DNA of 58,830 nucleotides from a virus (Duplodnaviria > Caudoviricetes), in the IMG/VR virus record IMGVR_UViG_3300021185_000238, positions 1-58,830 of that record. The stretch is one strand, 5' to 3'. Positions 35,154-42,349 of this stretch are shown here, piece after piece (the first letter of the stretch is position 1; the number at the start of each line of letters is the position of its first letter). The notes under the pieces were generated by a model. It saw only the letters and a program-made list of their open reading frames with translations, was not told where the DNA came from and made no database searches. The translations under genes were made by a program, and so were the position numbers.

Positions 35154-36969
35154 CTTTGAAACGTATTATGACAAGGACTTCTCTCTCCGTAAGATGACAA
35201 CAGAAGCCTACATACGTGATCCTCGTTTTGAGGTAGTGGGTGTAGGTGTAAAGGTAAATAACAATGCTACAGAATGGGCTAGTGGTACGCACGAAGAACT
35301 TAAAGAATACTTACATACATTCGATTGGGGTTCATCTGTACTACTATGTCATAACACTTTGTTTGATGGCGCTATTCTTAGTTGGTTATTTGACGTTCAT
35401 CCTCGCGTTCTTACTGACACCCTTTGTATTGCTCGTGCTCTTCACGGTGTTGAAGTTGGCGGCTCTCTCCATGCGCTTACGCAGAGATACGGCCTCGGCG
35501 CTAAAGGGACGGAAGTACTAGATGCTATAGGTAAGCGTAGACTGGACTTCACTGATGCGGAGTTAGACAAGTACGGCGACTACTGCATCAATGACGTGGA
35601 GTTAACCTATAAGCTGTTTAATGTTATGGGCAGAGGGTTCCCCAAGGGGGAGTTACGCCTTATAGACTGTACGCTACGCATGTTCGTGGAGCCTGTACTG
35701 GAGTTGGACTTAGGACTACTTGAGCAACACTTGGAAGACACCAAGCAGATAAAGGAAGACTTGATAACGTCTTCTGGTGTTACAAAGAAAGAACTTATGA
35801 GTAATCCTAAGTTTGCCGAATTGCTTGAGGGGCTAGGTGTCATACCCCCTACAAAGATAAGTCTTACCACTAACAAAGAGACGTTCGCGTTCGCTAAGAA
35901 TGACGAGCAGTTCAAGGCATTGGAGAACCACTCTGACCCTAGAGTGCAAGCACTCGTAACTGCTAGGCTAGGCACCAAGAGTACGCTTGAGGAATCACGT
36001 ACTGAGAGGTTTATAGGTATAGCTAAACGCGGACTTCTCCCGGTACCTGTAAGATACTACGCGGCACACACTGGTAGGTGGGGTGGCGATGACAAGATCA
36101 ACATCCAGAATCTACCTAGCCGTGGTGTGAATGGTAAGAAGTTAAAGAACAGTATGCTTGCCCCCGAAGGGTACATGATGGTTGACTGTGACTCGTCGCA
36201 GATCGAAGCGCGTGTACTGGCGTGGCTTGCAGGGCAGGATGATTTAGTCCAAGCGTTTACCGATAAGGAAGACGTGTATATAAAGATGGCGTCTAAGATA
36301 TACAACATACCAGAAGAAGCGGTCACGAAAGACCAACGCTTTGTAGGTAAGACTACTATCTTGGGCGCAGGATATGGCATGGGTGCGGTACGCTTTGCAG
36401 ACCAGCTACAGTCGTTTGGTACCCACATGGACGTAGAGGAAGCACGTAGGGTAATCCGAATCTACCGAGACGCTAACTGGAAGATAAACACGTTATGGCG
36501 TGACTGTCAGAACATGCTGGTTGAGATGTCGCGTGGTAACTCGGGTAGCCTCGGCCCCAATGGGATAGTTAAGTACGGGGCTGACGGGCGTAATGGTTGG
36601 ATACTACTACCGTCTGGACTCAAGATGCGGTATGACGACTTACAGTACGAGCAGGGTGAGCGTGGGCCGGAGTTTAAGTATAAGACTCGGCGCGGGTACA
36701 CTAGGATATATGGCGGTAAGGTCACAGAGAATATATGCCAAGCGATAGCTAGATGTATCATTGGCGATCAGATGTTAGCGATTGCTAAAAGGTATAAGGT
36801 CGCTTTGACTGTACATGATTCCGTGGTATGTTGTGTACCAGAGGATGAACTTAAAGAAGCTACACGTTACATTGAAGAGTGTATGAGTAGCACCGCACCT
36901 TGGGCGGAAGGCTTGCCTATCACGTGCGAATCAGATAATGGTAAATCATACGGAGAAGCGGCAGGATGA
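35134..36969 (+). CDS. polA: DNA polymerase family A (3'-5' exonuclease + polymerase)
   Basis: Exo I DFET, exo II HNTLFD, exo III YCINDV; HTGRW; motif A DSSQIEAR, motif B RFVGKTTILGAGYG, motif C TVHDS. Start 35134 fits GAGGAGG spacing. Confidence 0.95.
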   Translation: MDLITVDFETYYDKDFSLRKMTTEAYIRDPRFEVVGVGVKVNNNATEWASGTHEELKEYLHTFDWGSSVLLCHNTLFDGAILSWLFDVHPRVLTDTLCIARALHGVEVGGSLHALTQRYGLGAKGTEVLDAIGKRRLDFTDAELDKYGDYCINDVELTYKLFNVMGRGFPKGELRLIDCTLRMFVEPVLELDLGLLEQHLEDTKQIKEDLITSSGVTKKELMSNPKFAELLEGLGVIPPTKISLTTNKETFAFAKNDEQFKALENHSDPRVQALVTARLGTKSTLEESRTERFIGIAKRGLLPVPVRYYAAHTGRWGGDDKINIQNLPSRGVNGKKLKNSMLAPEGYMMVDCDSSQIEARVLAWLAGQDDLVQAFTDKEDVYIKMASKIYNIPEEAVTKDQRFVGKTTILGAGYGMGAVRFADQLQSFGTHMDVEEARRVIRIYRDANWKINTLWRDCQNMLVEMSRGNSGSLGPNGIVKYGADGRNGWILLPSGLKMRYDDLQYEQGERGPEFKYKTRRGYTRIYGGKVTENICQAIARCIIGDQMLAIAKRYKVALTVHDSVVCCVPEDELKEATRYIEECMSSTAPWAEGLPITCESDNGKSYGEAAG

Positions 36970-37157
36970 GTGATATAGAAAAAGCAATGAAAGAAGCCCA
37001 CGCGTTCGCGGACAGGGAACTAAAGAAAGCACGTAGCAACGTGTCTGAACTACGCACTAAAGTTGTAGAGTACGCCCTTGGTACTGTAGAAATTAGTAGG
37101 GTACATGCGGTAGGTGTTGCATTTGTGTTGATTATACTAGGAGCATGGTTTGGGTAA
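36966..37157 (+). CDS. small protein with C-terminal transmembrane helix
   Basis: 63 aa ending AVGVAFVLIILGAWFG; ATGA overlap with the polymerase gene. Confidence 0.6.
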   Translation: MSDIEKAMKEAHAFADRELKKARSNVSELRTKVVEYALGTVEISRVHAVGVAFVLIILGAWFG

Positions 37158-37410
37158 CGTAACAGATATTAACGAGTTTAAGCGTGCCAAAGAAGTAACC
37201 TCTAATTTCCCCGAAACTGACGGAGATTACCTGACTATAATAGTAGGAGAAACAAAAGAGGGGGAAGAGATAATACTTATAGAGCAGTGCGAGATGGAAG
37301 GTACTGTGGAGCACAAGAATACTATATGTATGGATAAGGATATGTTGCACACGTTGATAGCTGAGTTAGTAGTGGCCGCAGGTATTATAGAGGGTAAAGA
37401 ATCGGAATGA
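37150..37410 (+). CDS. acidic hypothetical protein
   Basis: 86 aa, TTG start after AGGAG; NVTDINEFKR N-terminus. Confidence 0.6.
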   Translation: MGNVTDINEFKRAKEVTSNFPETDGDYLTIIVGETKEGEEIILIEQCEMEGTVEHKNTICMDKDMLHTLIAELVVAAGIIEGKESE

Positions 37411-38078
37411 GTATAACCCCGTGGTCGTTCTCAAAGATTAAGTCGTTCGAGCAGTGCCCTAAGAAGTTCTACCACCTCAAGGTGGCAAAGGACTACAGGG
37501 AGCCAGAGACAGAGGCCATGCTATATGGCACTGCCGTACACCTTGCCGCAGAGGAATACATTAGGGATGGCACTCCGCTACCCGAAAAGTACAACTACTG
37601 TAAAGACGTACTTGATGTACTGAATGGCATAGAAGGTGAGAAGCTGTGCGAGTTGGAGATGGGGCTTACTGAGAACCTAGAGCCGTGCGGGTTCCGAGAT
37701 GACAACGTGTGGTGGCGTGGTATTGCCGATTTAGTTATCCTAAACAAACGCACCAAAACAGCTTATGTGGTAGACTACAAGACAAGTAAAAATACTAGGT
37801 ACGCTGATAAAGGCCAGTTAGAACTGATGGCTATGAGCATGTTCAAGATGTACCCCAAGCTAGAGAAAGTGAAGGGCGGCCTATTATTTGTAGTGTGTGG
37901 TGAGTTAATAAAGGAAGACTACTCCAAGCCGGATGAGCCTAGGCTATGGGAGAAGTGGTTATCAGACTACAGCCGCATGGAACAAGCATTTGAAAATGAT
38001 GTGTGGAATGCCCACCAAAGTGGATTATGTCGTAGGCACTGTATTGTTACCGAGTGCGTACACAATGGGAGAAACTAA
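37407..38078 (+). CDS. PD-(D/E)XK (RecB/Cas4-like) exonuclease
   Basis: WSFS...CP, GTAVH, RGIADL, VVDYKT, QL..M and C-terminal LCRRHC...C. Confidence 0.85.
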   Translation: MSITPWSFSKIKSFEQCPKKFYHLKVAKDYREPETEAMLYGTAVHLAAEEYIRDGTPLPEKYNYCKDVLDVLNGIEGEKLCELEMGLTENLEPCGFRDDNVWWRGIADLVILNKRTKTAYVVDYKTSKNTRYADKGQLELMAMSMFKMYPKLEKVKGGLLFVVCGELIKEDYSKPDEPRLWEKWLSDYSRMEQAFENDVWNAHQSGLCRRHCIVTECVHNGRN

Positions 38079-38350
38079 TGCGTAAGAAAAGAAAGAAGCA
38101 GGTCAATGCCCCTGTCGGCAGTAAAGCGTTCGAGGCTAGGATGGAGCGACAGCGTGCCAGACGCAAGATGGACAGAGAAGGTAAAGACGCCAACGGTAAC
38201 GGCAAGGCTGACAAGCGTGAAGGTAAAGACGTTAGTCACAAGAAGGCACTGAGCAAAGGTGGCACTAATAAGGACGGTGTTACAGTAGAGGATCGCTCAA
38301 AGAACCGTAGCCGCAACTATAAAAAGAAAGGCAGTAGAAAGCCTAAGTAA
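38078..38350 (+). CDS. small basic HNH-like protein
   Basis: KDVSHKKALSKGGTN...V....NRSRN, a beta-beta-alpha-Me-like pattern; TAATG overlap at 38078. Confidence 0.6.
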   Translation: MRKKRKKQVNAPVGSKAFEARMERQRARRKMDREGKDANGNGKADKREGKDVSHKKALSKGGTNKDGVTVEDRSKNRSRNYKKKGSRKPK

Positions 38351-38372
38351 AGAACTCCCTATTGGTATGGGT

Positions 38373-38587
38373 TGACGCGTGCTTGATGCGTCGTTAAATG
38401 ATGTTGTGTCCTTTCCTTGGGACACCTATTGCGCCTCCGTGGTAGGTACGCGACATAAAATCGAGTAGTCCGAAGGGGGCGCGTTTGGGATGTTTGCCGC
38501 GCTCCGATCATAAGTAGACCTAGCCCTATCTATGGACGAAGCAGGGCCATTAAACTTTTTCGCGTGACGTGGACACCCACTTCATGC
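38373..38587 (+). ncRNA. candidate multi-stem structured RNA
   Basis: 258-nt intergenic gap with at least six complementary stems, many G-U pairs and a possible pseudoknot (see findings). Confidence 0.45.
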
Positions 38588-38608
38588 TATTTCGTATCGG
38601 AGCGATAA

Positions 38609-40144
38609 ATGAAGATAGTAGATGATAAGGCGTTATTACTTACGCTACGTAACCCCGCAAAGGTTACATCGGTTATACCAAAGAGCAGGGAGTTAGCAAA
38701 CAACCAAGTACTTGTTAACTGGGGATTAGAAGAGACACAGGTACTGCGCAACATGAATATCAATGCGCCATCCCCAATAGAATCTAAGTACGATTGGACA
38801 GGTAAGTACACTCCGTTCGATCACCAGAAGACTACAGCTAGTTTTTTCACGTTGAACCGCAAGGCTTTCTGCTTTAACGAGCAGGGTACAGGTAAGACCG
38901 CCAGTGCTATATGGGCATCAGACTACCTGATGAAGCAGGGGGTGATACGTCGAGTGTTGGTGGTCTGCCCCCTATCTATTATGGATTCTGCGTGGCGTAA
39001 CGACCTATTCAGTTTTGCTATGCACCGCAAGGTAGACGTGGCGTATGGGGCAAAAGCTAAACGCGCCAAGATAATCGAGGGCGATGCTGAGTACGTGATA
39101 ATAAATTATGACGGAGTGGAGATCGTAGCAGACGCCGTGGCTAACGGAGGGTTTGACCTCATAATCGTTGACGAGGCTACGCACTACAAGAACCCACAAA
39201 CAAAACGATGGAAGACCATGAACAAGTTAGTGGGGCCAAGTACGTGGTTGTGGATGATGACAGGTACTCCCGCCGCGCAAAGCCCTACCGATGCGTACGG
39301 TATAGCCAAACTCGTTAACCCCAATGGCGTGCCTAGGTTCTTTGGGTCGTTCCGCGACCAAGTAATGCGTAAGGTAACAAACTTTAAGTGGGTGCCGAAG
39401 GAAGATGCTACCAACACAGTGCATAGGGTACTGCAACCTGCCATACGGTTCACCAAGGAAGAGTGCCTAGACTTACCTGACATGGTGTACACCAAGAGAG
39501 AAGTGCCTTTGACTAGGCAACAGACTAAGTACTATAAAGAATTAAAGAATAAGATGGTAATGCAGGCGGCAGGAGAACAGATAAGCGCCGCCAATGCCGC
39601 AGTTAACATGAACAAGTTATTACAAATATCCGCAGGTGCGGTATACACCGACGATGGGGACTCTCTTGAGTTTGATATATCCCCACGCTACAAGGTACTC
39701 CGAGAAGTAATAGATGAGTCTAGTAAGAAGGTGTTGGTGTTCGTACCGTTCAAGCATACGATTGACCTACTGACTAATAAGTTACGTGATGATGGTATAT
39801 CTACGGAAATAATACGGGGAGACGTGAGTGCCGGTAAGCGTACGGAGATATTCAAACGGTTCCAAGAAGCTGATGATCCCCGAGTGTTGGTCATACAACC
39901 TCAGTCAGCGGCGCACGGTGTAACACTAACTGCGGCAAACACGGTGGTATGGTGGGCACCGACAAGTTCCTTGGAAACCTACGCACAGGCTAACGCTCGT
40001 GTACACAGATCAGGACAAGATCACAAATGTACCGTTGTGCAGCTACAAGGTTCGCACGCAGAGAAACGTGTTTACGCACTGCTTGACAATAGAATAGACA
40101 TTCACACAAAAATGATAGACCTTTACAAAGAAATACTTGACTAG
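38609..40144 (+). CDS. SNF2-family (SF2) helicase
   Basis: EQGTGKT, DEAT (DExx), MTGTP, HGVTLT and QANARVHRSGQ. Confidence 0.92.
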   Translation: MKIVDDKALLLTLRNPAKVTSVIPKSRELANNQVLVNWGLEETQVLRNMNINAPSPIESKYDWTGKYTPFDHQKTTASFFTLNRKAFCFNEQGTGKTASAIWASDYLMKQGVIRRVLVVCPLSIMDSAWRNDLFSFAMHRKVDVAYGAKAKRAKIIEGDAEYVIINYDGVEIVADAVANGGFDLIIVDEATHYKNPQTKRWKTMNKLVGPSTWLWMMTGTPAAQSPTDAYGIAKLVNPNGVPRFFGSFRDQVMRKVTNFKWVPKEDATNTVHRVLQPAIRFTKEECLDLPDMVYTKREVPLTRQQTKYYKELKNKMVMQAAGEQISAANAAVNMNKLLQISAGAVYTDDGDSLEFDISPRYKVLREVIDESSKKVLVFVPFKHTIDLLTNKLRDDGISTEIIRGDVSAGKRTEIFKRFQEADDPRVLVIQPQSAAHGVTLTAANTVVWWAPTSSLETYAQANARVHRSGQDHKCTVVQLQGSHAEKRVYALLDNRIDIHTKMIDLYKEILD

Positions 40145-40165
40145 CTAACAATAAGGCAATAAAGT
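40137..40165 (+). promoter_or_regulatory. putative sigma70 promoter
   Basis: TTGACT-17 nt-TAAAGT at the end of the helicase gene. Confidence 0.45.
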
Positions 40166-40193
40166 GTACGTCCCGTTAGTAAAGGAGCGTATA

Positions 40194-40592
40194 ATGAGTG
40201 AAGTAAAGTCTACCGCTGAACAGTTAACCAAGGTTTATCTCAAGATCAAAGATAAGCGTTCAGAACTATCGGCGGCGTTTAAAGAAGAAGACGGCAAACT
40301 GACTGAGCAGATGGACAAGGTAAAGAAAGCCTTGTTGGAATACTGCAAGGAGCAGGGCGTCGATAGTGTAAAGACTTCAGCAGGATTGTTTTATAGGTCT
40401 GCCAAGACTAGGTATTGGACTAGTGATTGGAGCAACATGCACGAGTTTGTTTTGGAGCATGAAGCACCCGAGTTACTTGATAAGCGACTCAACCAGACGA
40501 ACATGAAGCAGTTTCTAGAAGAGAACCCCGACCTTGTACCTAAAGGTCTTAACGTAGACTCAGAATATGTAGTCTCAGTAAGGAGAAAATAA
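40194..40592 (+). CDS. conserved replication-module protein
   Basis: Start at MSEVK after AAGGAG; coiled coil then DSVKT..G.FYR...DW...LLDKRL. Confidence 0.7.
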   Translation: MSEVKSTAEQLTKVYLKIKDKRSELSAAFKEEDGKLTEQMDKVKKALLEYCKEQGVDSVKTSAGLFYRSAKTRYWTSDWSNMHEFVLEHEAPELLDKRLNQTNMKQFLEENPDLVPKGLNVDSEYVVSVRRK

Positions 40593-40840
40593 TGGCGGCA
40601 TTTGTACCAGTCGAAGATGTAGCGAAGCACTTTGCAGTGTCTATCTCTACTGTACGTGCATGGATACGCACTAATAAAATCCCAAGCGATACCTATATAA
40701 AGGTAGGTTCTACTTATCGGTTTAAGTTGCCGGAGTTAGAAGCCGAACTTTTGGGTAAGCCTGCGGTAGTTGTAGATGAAGCACCCCAAGGCGACATGAT
40801 GTATGAGCAGTTAGAGTTAGACTTGGATGAAGACGCCTGA
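40592..40840 (+). CDS. excisionase/MerR-like HTH DNA-binding protein
   Basis: VEDVAKHFAVSISTVRAWIR..KIP...KVG..YRF. Confidence 0.8.
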   Translation: MAAFVPVEDVAKHFAVSISTVRAWIRTNKIPSDTYIKVGSTYRFKLPELEAELLGKPAVVVDEAPQGDMMYEQLELDLDEDA

Positions 40841-41517
40841 TGAGTGGTAACGGGCTACGCCGAATCAGCATACGTGGTGGCAAGTTTCACGTTATAGCTG
40901 ACGGCGAAGAAGTTACTAGGGACTTAGGCTATATGGATGTGGTGATAGTAAATGCCGCACCAGTATCTCGCGCTTACTATGGCGATGCGTATGACCCCAA
41001 TAGGGTTGCGGTACCAACGTGTTGGTCTTCTGACACACAGGTACCTTCAGTAGATGTACCCCAAGAGCAACGGCAAGCAATGCGTTGTATGGACTGCCCT
41101 CAAAATATAAGAGGTTCAGGTCAGTATGGGGGTAGGGCTTGTCGGTTCTCTCAACGACTAGCAGTTGTATTTGGGGATAACCCCGAAGAGGTGTATCAGT
41201 TACAGATACCTGCCACGTCTATATTTGGCAGTACCAATAGCGGAGACATGGGTATGCAAAACTATGCTCGGTTACTCGCTAAACATGACACACCTGTAGT
41301 TACTATCACCACCAAGATTTACTTTGATGAGGGTAGTACAGTACCAAAACTTTGCTTTAAGCCGGTAGACCGCTTAGACGAAGACACACTTGAGAGGGTT
41401 TCGGCCATGATTGACCACGAAGATACTATTCGGGCGATCACTATGTCTATCCCTATAACAAGTGAACCTGTGTCTCCGTTCAGTGCGGTGGAAGGTTTCG
41501 AGTTAAATGCAAACTAA
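40840..41517 (+). CDS. Cys-rich putative ssDNA-binding/annealing protein
   Basis: RRISIRGGKF, PTCWSSD, CMDCPQN and GRACRFSQRLAV; located in the replication module. Confidence 0.5.
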   Translation: MSGNGLRRISIRGGKFHVIADGEEVTRDLGYMDVVIVNAAPVSRAYYGDAYDPNRVAVPTCWSSDTQVPSVDVPQEQRQAMRCMDCPQNIRGSGQYGGRACRFSQRLAVVFGDNPEEVYQLQIPATSIFGSTNSGDMGMQNYARLLAKHDTPVVTITTKIYFDEGSTVPKLCFKPVDRLDEDTLERVSAMIDHEDTIRAITMSIPITSEPVSPFSAVEGFELNAN

Positions 41518-41535
41518 TTAATTAGGATTTATCAG

Positions 41536-42258
41536 ATGGCTACAAATAATCAATATGTAATCTCAAACGTCGAAGCCCTATGGCCTCGTATCAATAAGAC
41601 TTACAAGTTCGATAACGCAGAGAACCGCACTGTACCGTGTGACGCGTTTGACGAAGGCGCTAAGTATGAAACCCGCTTCCGTATGACTAAAGACCAAGCC
41701 AAGGCTCTGTTCGTGGAAATGGTTAAAGCGTATGAAGCCAAGAAAGAAAAGGGCTGGCCTGACAAGTTCGACATGCCCTTTAAGAAAGAAGAAGATGGCA
41801 CTTACACGCACAAAGCATCACTGAAAGGGGCGTACGGTAAAGACGCTACGTTTAAACCTGTACAGTACGATGCAAAAAGCGTTAAACTACCAGACGACTT
41901 CATGCTTACCACAGGTAGCACAGTCAATGTAGCAGTTACGTTTACTCCGTACAACATGCGCGAAGCAGGTGTATCTCTACGACTACGTGCAGTACAGGTT
42001 ATCAAGTACGTACCTATGGAAGCCGCATCACCGTTCGGTGCTGTAGAGGGAGGGTTCCAGTTCTCTGCGGAAGAAAATCCGTTTGAAATAGCTGAAGCCC
42101 CCGCTAAAGCCCCTGCGGAAGCAGTAACTGATGAGTTGTTTGGGGATGATGAACCCGCAAAAGTCGAGGAGCCTAAGAAGGTAGTTAAGAAGAAGGCACC
42201 CGCACCAAAAGCATCTGACGATGCACTGGCTGATATAGTAGCCGACTGGGACGACTAG
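41536..42258 (+). CDS. single-stranded DNA-binding protein (T7 gp2.5-like)
   Basis: GSTVNVAV...GVSLRLRAVQVI and an acidic tail ending ADWDD. Confidence 0.75.
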   Translation: MATNNQYVISNVEALWPRINKTYKFDNAENRTVPCDAFDEGAKYETRFRMTKDQAKALFVEMVKAYEAKKEKGWPDKFDMPFKKEEDGTYTHKASLKGAYGKDATFKPVQYDAKSVKLPDDFMLTTGSTVNVAVTFTPYNMREAGVSLRLRAVQVIKYVPMEAASPFGAVEGGFQFSAEENPFEIAEAPAKAPAEAVTDELFGDDEPAKVEEPKKVVKKKAPAPKASDDALADIVADWDD

Positions 42259-42275
42259 TCCCTGCAATACTGAAC

Positions 42276-42323
42276 TGTAGCTAGGACATATTCCGAAAAG
42301 GGCGTGCAAGCGCCCCTGCTACA
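42276..42323 (+). promoter_or_regulatory. candidate structured leader upstream of the primase gene
   Basis: TGTAGC/GCTACA closes GG..CC-GAAA and GGGCG/CGCCC stems; no U tract. Confidence 0.3.
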
Positions 42324-42349
42324 ATACCTCTCGGATTTAGGTATTTATT

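Noticed and set aside
37407-38078. Cas4 as evidence for a CRISPR system
   Set aside because: Stand-alone Cas4/RecB-like nucleases are routine in phage replication modules; there is no cas1/cas2 or array.
38424-38453. HDV-like/theta ribozyme (ACCUA/UAGGU, UUGCG/CGCGA, CC-UCCGU-GG nested pairing)
   Set aside because: Only one nucleotide lies between P1 and P2 3' strands, leaving no J4/2 strand with the catalytic C; a simple 10-bp hairpin explains the segment as well.
40592-40840. Excisionase as evidence of lysogeny
   Set aside because: No integrase or att-like context was found; such HTH proteins are common regulators in replication modules.
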